The notes under the pieces were generated by a model, which saw nothing but the letters and a program-made list of their open reading frames with translations, was not told where the DNA came from and made no database searches. From contig CAWDSK010000006.1 of NCBI GenBank assembly GCA_963804995.1, forward strand, positions 1,472,001 through 1,536,000: 64,000 bases of DNA, read 5' to 3'. The DNA is from an uncultured Acidobacteriota bacterium. Lineage in GTDB: Bacteria > Acidobacteriota > Terriglobia > UBA7540. The position numbers and the translations under genes were made by a program. Positions 9,347-19,820 of this stretch are shown one piece after another; the stretch's first letter is position 1; each line of letters opens with the position of its first letter.

Positions 9347-11164
9347 TTACTTCCCTCCCCCTGAGCCCGAGAGATACTCAAAAACCTTCTTGGCCTGAGC
9401 GGGCTTTACCACCTGGCCAAGCTCCTCCTGGGAGAGGCCGCGCAGCTTGCTCAGGCTCCCAAACTGGGTGAGGAGCTTGCGGGCGGTCTTTTCCCCCACG
9501 CCAGGAATATTTACGAGTTCCGTACCGACCTCGCGCTTGGCGCGCCGCGCCCGGTGGAAGGTGACGGCGAAGCGGTGGGCCTCATCCCGAATTAGCTGGA
9601 CCAGATGCAGCGCTGGCGAGTGGTGATCCAGAACCACCGGCTCATTTTCGCGACCCTGTACGTAGAGGATTTCCTCTCGCTTGGCGATGCTCGCCAGCGG
9701 CTGGTTGATGATTCCCAGTTCCTCCAGCGCCGCCGCGGCCGCGTGAAGCTGACCGACGCCGCCATCAATGAGCACCAGATCCGGCATCGGCTTTTTCTCT
9801 TCTTGCAAGCGCCGATAGCGCCGCCCCACCACTTCCTTCATGCTGGCGAAATCATCATTCTGGGGCACGCTCTTGATGATGAATTTCCGGTAGTCGGATT
9901 TTTTCATCTTGCCGGCTTCCCAGACCACCAGGGAAGCAACGATGTCAGTCCCCTGGATGTGGGAAACGTCGAAGGCCTCGATGCGCTGGGGCGGATGGGG
10001 AAGGTCAAGCGCCTCCCGTAGGCTTTCCAGAACTTCGCGCGCTTGCGGCTTCATGATCCGGAATCGCCGTTCGAAGGAGTGGCGGGCATTGCGCGCCACG
10101 AGTTCAAGCAGCGCCCGCTTGCGGCCGGCCCGGGGCGTGAGGATGTGCACCGGGTGACCACGCTTTTCGGAAAGCAATTCTTCCAGAATCTCCCGGTCCT
10201 CGAAATCCACGGGCACATGAATCTCGCCCGGCAGATACTGCTGGTCCAAATAGATTTGCTTGAGCAGCGACGAGAAAAATTCGCGGGCGTTGAAATCTTG
10301 CAAGTCCTCCCAGAAAAACTCGCGCCGGTCGAGGACCCGTCCACCGCGCAGGTGAAACAAGTTGACGGCGGCCAGCGGTCCTTCCTGGTGGAATCCCAGA
10401 ATATCGGCTTCTTCCCCGGAATGCGCCGCCATCTTCTGGCGCTCGCGAAGTTCTTCCACGGTCTGAATCTGGTCGCGGTAGTGCGCCGCATCCTCGAACT
10501 CCAGCCTGCCGGAAGCCTCCGCCATACGGTCGTGCAGGCTGCGCACCAAATCGCTCTCCCGGCCCTCCAGCAACAGACGCGTGTCGCGGGCCGCTTCCGC
10601 GTAACGCTCGGGCGTGGTCAAGTTTTCGACACACGGTCCCAGACAGCGTTTGATGTAGAACTGCAAGCACGGCCGGGGGTGATAGCGCGTAAGGTCCACG
10701 TAGCAGGACGGAACCAGAAAGCGGCGGTGAATAAAGTCGACAATCCGATAGGCCAGATTCGCCGGGAAGTACGGCCCATAATAGACCGAGCCATCCTTCT
10801 TCACGCGGCGGGTCACATAAACGCGCGGGAATCGTTCGTAAGCGGTCAATTTGATGTAGGGGTAACTTTTGTCGTCGCGCAGCAGAATGTTGTAGCGCGG
10901 CTTGTACTGCTTGATCAGGTTGTTCTCAAGCGCGATCGCCTCGTGTTCGTTGTCCACGAGGATGGTTTCGAGATCGTACGCGGCCTCGAGCATGCGGTCG
11001 CGCTTCTCGTCTCCCACCCGCGAGTCCTGAAAGTAGGAGCGCACGCGGTGGCTAAGCGATTTGGCCTTCCCCACGTAAATGGGTTGCCCCGCCTCGTCTT
11101 TGAAAACGTACACACCCGGTTGCGCGGGCAGACCTTCCGCCTTTTCCTGAAGTGTGGGGTTCAC
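9347..11164 (-). CDS. uvrC: Excinuclease ABC subunit C
   Basis: GIY-YIG (PGVY..IYVGKAK), RIEAFDVSH, LIDGG.GQL, RDEAHRFA, HhH. Confidence 0.98.
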   Translation of the reverse strand: MNPTLQEKAEGLPAQPGVYVFKDEAGQPIYVGKAKSLSHRVRSYFQDSRVGDEKRDRMLEAAYDLETILVDNEHEAIALENNLIKQYKPRYNILLRDDKSYPYIKLTAYERFPRVYVTRRVKKDGSVYYGPYFPANLAYRIVDFIHRRFLVPSCYVDLTRYHPRPCLQFYIKRCLGPCVENLTTPERYAEAARDTRLLLEGRESDLVRSLHDRMAEASGRLEFEDAAHYRDQIQTVEELRERQKMAAHSGEEADILGFHQEGPLAAVNLFHLRGGRVLDRREFFWEDLQDFNAREFFSSLLKQIYLDQQYLPGEIHVPVDFEDREILEELLSEKRGHPVHILTPRAGRKRALLELVARNARHSFERRFRIMKPQAREVLESLREALDLPHPPQRIEAFDVSHIQGTDIVASLVVWEAGKMKKSDYRKFIIKSVPQNDDFASMKEVVGRRYRRLQEEKKPMPDLVLIDGGVGQLHAAAAALEELGIINQPLASIAKREEILYVQGRENEPVVLDHHSPALHLVQLIRDEAHRFAVTFHRARRAKREVGTELVNIPGVGEKTARKLLTQFGSLSKLRGLSQEELGQVVKPAQAKKVFEYLSGSGGGK

Positions 11165-11231
11165 AGACGCCTCAACATTCCATTATCACTGAGCGGCTGC
11201 AGTTCGGAAAGGGGCGAGCGGATGGTCGGCT

Positions 11232-11925
11232 GATTTGCGAATGGCGATTTGTGATTGGCGATTTTCGAAGTCAGCATTTGATTCATCTTCTCACCTGGCA
11301 CCGCCGATAACCGAAGCGAGGGAGTGTGTGCCGGCGGGGGCAGAGGATCGGGAGATCGGGTGATCCGGTGATCGGGCGATCGGGAGATTTGCGAATGGCG
11401 ATGGGTGATTGGCGATTTTCGAAGTCAGCATTTGATTCATCCTCTCACCTGGCACCGCCGATAACCGAAGCGAGGGAGTGTGGGCCGGCGGGGGCTGAGG
11501 ATCGGGAGATCGGGTGATCTGGCGATCGGGCGATCGGGAGATTTGCGAATGGCGATTGGTGATTTTCAAAGTCGGCATTTGATTCATCCTCTCACCTGGC
11601 ACCGCCGATAACCGAAGCGGGGGAGTGTGGGCCGGCGGGGGCAGAGGATCGAGAGATCGGGTGATCCGGTGATCGGGCGATCGGGAGATTTGCGAATGGC
11701 GATTGGTGATTTTCGAAGTCAGCATTTGATTCATCTTCTCACCTGGCACCGCCGATAACCGAAGCGGGGGAGTGTGGGCCGGCGGGGGCAGAGGATTGGG
11801 AGATCGGTTGATCTGACGATCGGGCGATCGAATCGTCGGACAGGCGAATTGCTGCCAATTTCCGGTCGGCCGAATTGGGCTCAGGTTCCGTCATAAACTT
11901 ACCGATAACCGAAGCGGGGGAGTGT
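11232..11925. repeat. Tandem repeat of ~4 units of 147-154 bp plus a partial copy
   Basis: Units start GATTTGCGAATGGCG at 11232, 11386, 11540, 11687; partial ACCGATAACCGAAGCGGGGGAGTG at 11901. Confidence 0.95.
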
Positions 11926-12389
11926 TCACGCTGGGGTTGGGGCGTGGGCGCCGCCCATTTCTCTGCCCTGGACCTTGGCTTTTTCTCGTCACTCATCACT
12001 CGTCACTCGTCACTGCTCTTTGAGTGCGTCACGGGCGGGCGGCATTCGGCCGGAGCGGTTAGCGGCTCGCCGCGGGGCTTCCGGGCCGTGGGGGTCTTTT
12101 GTCTCAGCCGTGACAACCGGTGGCCGAAGTAGGAGGCGGCAGGTCGGTTAGGGCAGCGGGCCTCAGCGCTTTTGACCTCCTGCCCCACCCTTTTCGTAAC
12201 TTCCAGCTTCGCCCCGATCATCGCGTCACCCGTTTCTTTAACCCTGTTCTCGATGGGGGTTCTTTCGTCTCCCAACTTGAACGCAGCGCCCCCAGCTTGG
12301 CGGCTCAATGCCGGCTGGAAGCAGACGCTGGTGCGAATGGCGACGGCTTGGTCCTTTTTTCTTCCCATTTTCTTAACTAACTACCTTTC

Positions 12390-12630
12390 TTTTCATAAAC
12401 ATCGTGGCAAAACAACCATAACTTACTTGTTTTCATAAACATCGCTAGACTTGCCAAATTGTCGCTTTTGTTTTCCTTTGTTTTCATACACATCGTTAGA
12501 CTATCCTGATTGAAATTATTTGCGCTTTTCTTCTTACCCGCAGTAAATGCAACTCATTTTATTTCAACTAGATAGGTTTTTGCTAAAAAATCCCTTTTCA
12601 CGCCTAACCCCCTTTATTTTCATGAACATC
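12390..12630. repeat. Four spaced TTTTCATRMACATC motifs in an AT-rich region
   Basis: Copies at 12390, 12430, 12481, 12617. Confidence 0.8.
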
Positions 12631-12756
12631 TTCACAAACAGCGGGCGCTGTGTTCCGAAAAAAGGAAGAACTTCAGCCACGTCTTGGCACGGCGCTCCGC
12701 TCCCCCAGAGCCTCTCCGTGACCTCTGCTCTTCGGGACGCAGAGGACACAGAGCGG

Positions 12757-13015
12757 CGGAGCCGCAACCAAAATGGAAAAGGCGCTGCTAGTTCCGTAGT
12801 TGGGTGCGGGTCTGCTCATCGGGTGTTGAAGTAACCCCTCACCCGTCCCGCCCCGGCTGATGAAAACGCCGGCGGCGGTCCACCCTCTCCCCTCGGAGAG
12901 GGTGGTTTGATTTCCAACCTTCTCCCAGGGGAGAAGGTGCTGAGGTACGAAGCGGATGAGGGGTTGCTTCGACGGAAGTCGCGACTTTCAATCCTTGCCC
13001 CAAAAGGTTTGCTAA
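12757..13015. repeat. Dispersed ~255-bp composite REP element, copy 1
   Basis: Aligns by eye with 55570-55824 (GCCGCAACCAAA..GAAGTAACCCCTCACCCG..GTCGCGACTTTCAAT). Confidence 0.85.
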
Positions 13016-13535
13016 AGAAACCGGCCTTCACGGTAGGGCATGGCAGATCCCCGATCTTGGGGCCCGCGGTTCTTCGAGGACTGCCTGGACACATCATGGC
13101 GCAACTCTTTCTCATCTCTATTGTGCGCTTAATCGACTGGGCTATGTCAATAGGCAATACACGCGTGCGGGCTACCGGTAGCCCAAAAATGAAATAAATC
13201 AATCAAATTGCCCGAACGAAGGGCGAGGGGAGGAGCCAAGGATGCAGAAGATGGAGTTAGAAGGCGGAAAGCAGAAGGCAGCGAGTGCCATTCGCACCAC
13301 AGATGCAGCATCAGGGATTTGCGGCGCAAATTCGTTGGTTTCCTTTGGGCCTCCCCTTTTGCCATTTGGTTTTCTTTTGCGGTTCGGCCGAGTTGCCCTA
13401 CCTGGCAGGAGCCACCATTCCGAGCCCAAAAATGTTCTTCCGAATGTGAGCAATATTGAACAGACAATTTACGTCCCCGGAGTGGAAAATACAGAATGCC
13501 TCCTAAGATGCTGAGGAGGCGACTCTGGTGGGACC

Positions 13536-14117
13536 TTGACGAATCGGCTCTTGTTGGTGGAGGACGAACCTCTTGTCCGAAAGTCCATCTCCGGACACTT
13601 GGTGGCGGAGGGGTATGTCGTTCGGGCGGCGGTGGACGGCCTGGACGCGATCGAGAAACTCCGCGGGGGGCTCCCGGACTTAATTATTTCTGACCTCAAC
13701 ATGCCCCGCATGTCCGGCTTTGAGCTTCTGGGCATCGTGCGCAAACGCTTTCCCCAAATCCCCGTCATTGTCATGAGTGCCCTAGCGGCCGATGAAATGC
13801 CGGAAGGAGTTGCGGCCGACGCATACTTACACAAGAGTGGATTCGGAATAGACCAACTCCTCGAAGCCATATCAAACCTGACCAGGAACCCTCCCCTGCG
13901 ATCTGCTGCGCCGCCCCTTTCGATCAAACCCGTCCAGGCAAAATGGGATGGGGACGGGCACTTCCTCCTCGCTTGCGAAGACTGCTTGCGTGTTTTCAGT
14001 GTCCCCCGCGCTCCCAACCTGGGGCGGAATCAAAAGTGGACGATTTGCGTTCACTGCGGGCAAGTCGTCCGGTTCCTGGTCGCTGACGCGGATCTGCCGG
14101 GCCCGCCACGTCCGTAA
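13536..14117 (+). CDS. Response regulator receiver with C-terminal zinc-ribbon-like domain
   Basis: LLVEDE, DLNMP, YLHK; CEDC...CVHC. Confidence 0.85.
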   Translation: MTNRLLLVEDEPLVRKSISGHLVAEGYVVRAAVDGLDAIEKLRGGLPDLIISDLNMPRMSGFELLGIVRKRFPQIPVIVMSALAADEMPEGVAADAYLHKSGFGIDQLLEAISNLTRNPPLRSAAPPLSIKPVQAKWDGDGHFLLACEDCLRVFSVPRAPNLGRNQKWTICVHCGQVVRFLVADADLPGPPRP

Positions 14118-14238
14118 TTTCGAGCGGCCAACCCCTTCGCCACCCGGCACCCACCCGCCATAATAATCCAGTCATCTCTTGTCACCCAGGCGCTGCCGCC
14201 TCGCGGTACAATAGCGCACGCCGGTCAAGGAGGGGGAC

Positions 14239-14709
14239 ATGTCCGAAATGATTATTCGTCCGACTATGAAGTTCATATACCTCGGCTACGTATTGGTGAC
14301 TTTGATTGCGGTGGCTCTGGTCATGGCGATGCTGCATATCGAAGGCCCGCCCTGGATTGGGACACCTTGGCAACATTGGATACCCTTGCTGCCCGTGCTC
14401 CTCCTACTGTGGCCCGTGAAACGCCATCTCCGCAACCGGCTGACCAAGATGACAATCCTGGAGGACCGGCTGCGCTATGAAACGGGGCTTCTGGGGAGGA
14501 CCACGCGCACCATCCTAATCTCGCGCGTACAGGATGTGACGGTTCATCAGCGCGTCGGCCAAAGAATTTTTGGAACGGGCGATCTTTCGATTGAGACAGC
14601 GGGCGAGTCGAGCCGGGAGACCATTTTTAATATCGACCGGCCGCAGGAAATCGCGGACCACATCAACGAACTCTCCCAGAGGGGACGTTCAAAAGAGCAA
14701 CTGACCTGA
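14239..14709 (+). CDS. Membrane protein with bacterial PH (bPH_2) domain
   Basis: Two TMs; GLLGR..RVQDVTV.Q..QRIFG.GDL.IETAG. Confidence 0.85.
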   Translation: MSEMIIRPTMKFIYLGYVLVTLIAVALVMAMLHIEGPPWIGTPWQHWIPLLPVLLLLWPVKRHLRNRLTKMTILEDRLRYETGLLGRTTRTILISRVQDVTVHQRVGQRIFGTGDLSIETAGESSRETIFNIDRPQEIADHINELSQRGRSKEQLT

Positions 14710-14800
14710 TGGCGCGGGGAGGCGGGGCCGCAACCAAAACGTGCCACGGCCGACCTGCCCCGATTCATCGGGGTCCTGGCCGTGCCGGTCACGGGCGGGA

Positions 14801-14928
14801 GAAGCTGTGAAAAAATCCCATCAAACCTTTCACCGCGGAGACGCTGAGGCGCAGAGGCTTGAAAACAAAGGGTCATTTCTCTGCGTCTCAGCGTCTCAGC
14901 GGTGAAAATGGTATTTTTTCACACCTTC
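14801..14928. mobile_element. 128-bp MITE inserted in a REP, GGA target duplication
   Basis: TIR GAAGCTGTGAAAAAAT / ATTTTTTCACACCTTC flanked by GGA on both sides. Confidence 0.8.
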
Positions 14929-15136
14929 GGACGCCCGTGCCACAACGTAGGGGCCAGCGGCGCTGGCCCGGACCGAACGGTCGCCCACCATTAAAATCTG
15001 CAGACTTCCAGCCGCGGCGACCCCTACAACGTTTGCGAAAATACTTGCTAAAAAGATTAGCGGTATTGCAATGCAGAGCGAGGGATCTGCCGGGGCACGG
15101 TGAGTCGTGCCCCGGGAACTTCGATCCGACTCAGGC

Positions 15137-16147
15137 CTAGCGCATGCCCGTCTTTAGTGAATACGAGCTCAGCACCTTCACGTAGTTAGCCCGCTGGAAG
15201 GCGGAGGGATCAGCCACAGAGCGCTGGCTCATGCTGCCTTGCATCTGCTGGATGGATTCGTACTCATGCTCTTCCATCCATTTCAAAAGCTCCGACCGCA
15301 CGGTGGCCAGGTGCCCGATCCCGTGTTTGTAGAGAGCGGAAGTCATCATGGCCACACGCGCTCCGGCCATCATGGACTTCACCACATCCACGCCGGTGTG
15401 CACGCCGCCCGTGATTGCCAAATCGGCATGGATTTTCCCGAAGAGCACGGCCACCCAGGTGAGGCGCAGCAGCAGCTCATGCGGCGTACTGAGGATGAGG
15501 TTGGGGACGACTTCCAGGTTCTCCAGATCAAAATCCGGCTGATAGAAGCGGTTGAACAGCACGAGGCCGGAAGCGCCCGCTTCAGCCAGCCGCTGCGCCG
15601 TGTGGGGCAGCGAGCTAAAATAGGCGCCGATCTTTACGGCTACAGGAATCCGCAGGCTGGCTTTTACTTTAGAAAGCAGGTCAACATACAATTGCTCGAC
15701 TTGCTCGCCGGAGGTCGCGGGGTCGGTTGAGATGAGGTAAATGTTTAGTTCCAGCGCGTCGGCGCCGGCCTCCTGAATTTTCTTCGCGTAGTCGAGCCAG
15801 CCGCCCGTGGAGCTGCCATTCAGGCTGCCGATGACAGGGATGCCGACGGCGCGCTTGGCAAGCCGCAGTTGTTCGAGATACCCCTCCGGGCCCATGTTAT
15901 ATCCCGTCAGATCGGGAAAATAGGTTAACGATTCCGCAAAACTCTCCGTGCCTTGATGCAGGAACTGGTCCAGCGTGTTACTTTCCACGTGGATTTGCTC
16001 CTCAAACAGGGAGGGCATCACGATGGCGGCGGCGCCGGAATCTTCCATGCGCCGGAGACTGCCGAGGTCTTCCGACAGGGGTGAAGCGGAGACCACCAGA
16101 GGGTTTTTGAGCTTCATGCCCAGATACTTTGTAGTCAGGTCGATCAT
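15137..16147 (-). CDS. Dihydroorotate dehydrogenase-like FMN protein (PFOR-associated)
   Basis: [41 protein letters not shown]. Confidence 0.9.
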   Translation of the reverse strand: MIDLTTKYLGMKLKNPLVVSASPLSEDLGSLRRMEDSGAAAIVMPSLFEEQIHVESNTLDQFLHQGTESFAESLTYFPDLTGYNMGPEGYLEQLRLAKRAVGIPVIGSLNGSSTGGWLDYAKKIQEAGADALELNIYLISTDPATSGEQVEQLYVDLLSKVKASLRIPVAVKIGAYFSSLPHTAQRLAEAGASGLVLFNRFYQPDFDLENLEVVPNLILSTPHELLLRLTWVAVLFGKIHADLAITGGVHTGVDVVKSMMAGARVAMMTSALYKHGIGHLATVRSELLKWMEEHEYESIQQMQGSMSQRSVADPSAFQRANYVKVLSSYSLKTGMR

Positions 16148-19100
16148 CTACTTCACCTCCTTCGCGTCGCCATTCATCGGCATGGCGGCCATATTTTGAT
16201 AGATCCTCCAGCGCTTGTGCACATCCTCTTCCGCCAACTTCAGAAGTTTCTTGGCAGCTTCGGGATCACTGTGCGCCAGCATGGTGTAACGGGTTTCGTT
16301 GTAAATATATTTGTCGAGCGGCAACGAAGGCGCGCGCGAATCCAACTGCATGGGATTCTTGCCCAGCTTCGCCAGGTCCGGGTTGTAACGGTAGAGCGGC
16401 CAGTAGCCGGACTGCACGGCGGCCTTCTGCTGGTCGCAGCCGTGCACCAGGTCGTAGCCATGCGCTATGCAGTGGCTGTAGGCGATGATGAGCGACGGCC
16501 CATCGTAGGCGTCGGCTTCGAGGAACGCTTTCAGGGTTTGCATGTCGCTCGAACCCATGGCGACCTCAGCCACGTAAACGTTGCCGTAACTCATGGCCAT
16601 CATGCCCAGGTCTTTCTTGGGCCGCGGCTTTCCGCCCGCCGCGAACTTGGCGACGGCGCCACGTGGCGTGGATTTTGACATCTGCCCGCCGGTGTTGGAG
16701 TAGACCTCGGTGTCAAGCACCAGGACGTTCACATTGTGGCCGCTGGCCAGCACGTGATCCAGTCCGCCGTACCCGATGTCGTAGGCCCAGCCATCGCCGC
16801 CGAAGGCCCACACACTCTTTTTGACGAGCGTGTCGGCAATGTTCAAGAGGTCGCGCGCTTCGAAGGTTTTGAGCCCCGCGAGCTTGGCCTTGAGAGCCTT
16901 CACCCGCTCGCGTTGCTCGCGCTTCCCGGCTTCGGTGGATTGATCGGCGTTGAGCAAGCCTTCCACGAGTTCGCCGCCCAGGTTCTCCTGGAGCCTCTTG
17001 ACCAGTTCCCGCGCGTACCGATTTTGCTGGTCAACCGCCAGGCGCATGCCCAGAGCGAATTCCGCATTGTCCTCAAACAGGGAGTTGGACCACGAGGGGC
17101 CGCGGCCGTCGTGATTGACGGCATACGGCGTGGTGGGCAGGTTGGCGCCATAAATCGACGAACAGCCTGTGGCGTTGCCAATCATGGCGCGGTCACCGAA
17201 CAGTTGGGTGACCAGCTTGATGTAGGGCGTCTCACCGCAGCCGGCGCAGGCGCCAGAGAATTCGAACAGGGGCTGCAGCAACTGCACGTCCTTGACTTGA
17301 CCCAGGCTGAGGGTGCGCCGGTCGGCTTCCGGAATTCCCAGGAAGAAATCCCAGTTGGCGCTCTCGGGCTCGCGCAGGGGCAACTGGGGCGCCATGTTGA
17401 TGGCCTTATGCTTCACCTCACTCTTGGATTTGGCCGGGCAAATTTCCACGCACAGCGCGCAGCCCGTGCAATCCTCCGGCGCCACCTGGAGGGTGTACTT
17501 CATTTCCTTGAACTCTTTCCAGCGCGCCGCCGCCGACTTGAAAGTGGGCGGAGCCTTTTCGAGCAGCGCCGGTTCGTAAATCTTGGCGCGAATCACCGCG
17601 TGCGGGCAAACCAGTACGCACTTGCCGCACTGGATGCAGAGGTCCTCATCCCATACGGGGATATCGAGAGCAATGTTGCGCTTTTCCCACTGGGCCGTGG
17701 CGCTGGGGAAGGTGCCATCGCTGGGCATGGCGCTGACCGGCAAGGAATCGCCTTCGCCCTCGATGATCCTGGCCAGCACATCGCGCACGAAAGCAGGAGC
17801 CTGTTTCGGCACCGGCGGGCGCAGGTCAAAGGTGCTGGTGGCAGCGCCCGGAACCTTGACTTCGTGCAGGTGGCTGAGCGAGGCGTCTACGGCGGCGAAA
17901 TTCTTCTGCACCACCTTTTCACCCCGCTTGCCATAGGTTTTCTCGATGGCGTGCTTGATGGCGCCAATCGCCTCGTCGCGTGGCAGGACGCCGCTGATGG
18001 CAAAGAAGCAGGTCTGCATCACGGTGTTGATGCGCCTGCCCATGCCAGTCTCGGCGGCCACCGCGTAGCCATCGATGACATAGAAGCGTAATTTCTTCTT
18101 GATGATCTGCTCTTGCGTGGAGCGGGGAATGTGATCCCAGACCTCCTCTGGGCCGAAAGAACTGTTCAGCAGGAACGTGGCGCCGGGAACGGCCGCTTTC
18201 AGCACGTCCCGCTGCTCGAGGAAACTGAATTGGTGGCAGGCCACGAAATTGGCGTGGGTGATGAGATAAGTGGAGTGGATCGGCTGGGGGCCAAAGCGCA
18301 GGTGCGAAATGGTGACCGAGCCGGCCTTCTTGGAGTCGTAAACGAAATAGCCCTGCGCGTAGTTATCAGTGTCCTCGCCGATGATCTTGATGGAGTTCTT
18401 GTTGGCGCCCACCGTGCCATCGGAACCGAGGCCGTAAAAGATAGCGCGGACCGTCTTGGGGTCTTCCGTGGAGAAGGCGGGATCATACTCGAGACTGGTG
18501 TTTGTGACGTCATCGAGAATACCCACGGTAAAGTGGTTCTGCGGGGCCGGCTTGGCCATTTCGTCAAAAACTCCCTTGACCATGGCCGGTGAAAATTCCT
18601 TCGAGGAAAGGCCATAGCGCCCGCCGATAACGCGCGGAGCACTCTTAAAGGGCGCCTTGCCACTGGCCACACCTTCACTCAAGGCGGTTATCACGTCGAT
18701 GTACAGCGGCTCTCCGGGACTCCCGGGCTCTTTGGTGCGGTCGAGAGTAGCCAGGGTTTTGACGGTGGGAGGCAGCGCAGATAAGAAGTGTTCGATCGAG
18801 AAGGGCCGGTACAAGTGAACTTTCAGCGCGCCCACTTTCTCGCCTCGCGCGTTGAGATAGTCCACGGTCTCCTGCGCAGCCTCGGCGCCGGATCCCATCA
18901 GGATGATAACCCGCTCCGCATCCGGGGCGCCGATGTAGTCGAACAGGTGATACTGGCGACCGACCTGGCTCGCGAATTTGTCCATGGCGTTTTGGACCAG
19001 GCCCGGGCACGCGGTGTACATCGAATTCACGGTCTCGCGAGCCTGGAAGAATACGTCCGGGTTTTGGGCGGTGCCGCGAATGAAGGGATGGTCCGGCGAA

Positions 19101-19723
19101 AGCGCTCGCTCGCGATGCGCCTTAACCAGATCGGGACTTATCAGGGCGCGCATGTCGTCATCGGTCAACTGCTCAACCTTGCCGACCTCATGGGAGGTGC
19201 GGAAGCCATCGAAGAAATGAATAAAGGGAATACGCGATTCAAGCGCGGCCGCGTGGGCGATGAGCGCGAAGTCCATCGCTTCCTGGACGGAATTGGAAGC
19301 CAGCAGGGCGACGCCGGTGGTCCTCGTGGCCATCACGTCACCGTGGTCCCCGAAGATCGAGAGCGCGTGGGTGGCTACGGTGCGGGCCGTAACGTGCAGC
19401 ACCGTCGCCGTCAATTCGCCCGCGATCTTGAAAAGGTTGGGGATCATCAGCAGCAGACCTTGCGAGGCAGTGAAGGTGGTTCCCAGCGATCCGCCTTGCA
19501 GGGCGCCGTGCAGGGCCCCGGCAGCCCCGCCTTCGCTTTGCATCTCGATCACGTGGGGAATGGTGCCCCAGATGTTGGGCACGCCCTCGGAGGACCATTG
19601 ATCGGACCACTCTCCCATGGGAGAAGAGGGCGTAATAGGATAAATGGCAATCACTTCGCTGACGCGATAGGCCACATATGCCGCAGCCTCATTCCCGTCA
19701 ATCGTTACCTTGCTTCTAGTCAT
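16148..19723 (-). CDS. nifJ: Pyruvate:ferredoxin/flavodoxin oxidoreductase
   Basis: YPITPS, QSEGGAAG, FFDGFRTSHE, GSDGTVGANK, two ferredoxin motifs, GACAGCGE, GGDGWAYDIG. Confidence 0.98.
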   Translation of the reverse strand: MTRSKVTIDGNEAAAYVAYRVSEVIAIYPITPSSPMGEWSDQWSSEGVPNIWGTIPHVIEMQSEGGAAGALHGALQGGSLGTTFTASQGLLLMIPNLFKIAGELTATVLHVTARTVATHALSIFGDHGDVMATRTTGVALLASNSVQEAMDFALIAHAAALESRIPFIHFFDGFRTSHEVGKVEQLTDDDMRALISPDLVKAHRERALSPDHPFIRGTAQNPDVFFQARETVNSMYTACPGLVQNAMDKFASQVGRQYHLFDYIGAPDAERVIILMGSGAEAAQETVDYLNARGEKVGALKVHLYRPFSIEHFLSALPPTVKTLATLDRTKEPGSPGEPLYIDVITALSEGVASGKAPFKSAPRVIGGRYGLSSKEFSPAMVKGVFDEMAKPAPQNHFTVGILDDVTNTSLEYDPAFSTEDPKTVRAIFYGLGSDGTVGANKNSIKIIGEDTDNYAQGYFVYDSKKAGSVTISHLRFGPQPIHSTYLITHANFVACHQFSFLEQRDVLKAAVPGATFLLNSSFGPEEVWDHIPRSTQEQIIKKKLRFYVIDGYAVAAETGMGRRINTVMQTCFFAISGVLPRDEAIGAIKHAIEKTYGKRGEKVVQKNFAAVDASLSHLHEVKVPGAATSTFDLRPPVPKQAPAFVRDVLARIIEGEGDSLPVSAMPSDGTFPSATAQWEKRNIALDIPVWDEDLCIQCGKCVLVCPHAVIRAKIYEPALLEKAPPTFKSAAARWKEFKEMKYTLQVAPEDCTGCALCVEICPAKSKSEVKHKAINMAPQLPLREPESANWDFFLGIPEADRRTLSLGQVKDVQLLQPLFEFSGACAGCGETPYIKLVTQLFGDRAMIGNATGCSSIYGANLPTTPYAVNHDGRGPSWSNSLFEDNAEFALGMRLAVDQQNRYARELVKRLQENLGGELVEGLLNADQSTEAGKREQRERVKALKAKLAGLKTFEARDLLNIADTLVKKSVWAFGGDGWAYDIGYGGLDHVLASGHNVNVLVLDTEVYSNTGGQMSKSTPRGAVAKFAAGGKPRPKKDLGMMAMSYGNVYVAEVAMGSSDMQTLKAFLEADAYDGPSLIIAYSHCIAHGYDLVHGCDQQKAAVQSGYWPLYRYNPDLAKLGKNPMQLDSRAPSLPLDKYIYNETRYTMLAHSDPEAAKKLLKLAEEDVHKRWRIYQNMAAMPMNGDAKEVK

Positions 19724-19820
19724 CGTTTCACTCCGTTGTACGAAAGGTATTTTTGCAAATATCGATCCACTAAAACTTATTCCGACTGCGCGGATTGCGC
19801 CAGCCGTGCGCGCCTCCGCG

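Noticed and set aside
11232..11925. Possible CRISPR array
   Set aside because: Whole ~150-bp units repeat with no unique spacers, and no cas genes are present
11291..12368. Minus-strand ORFs over and next to the tandem repeat
   Set aside because: Low-complexity translations of microrepeats with frame changes; no support as proteins
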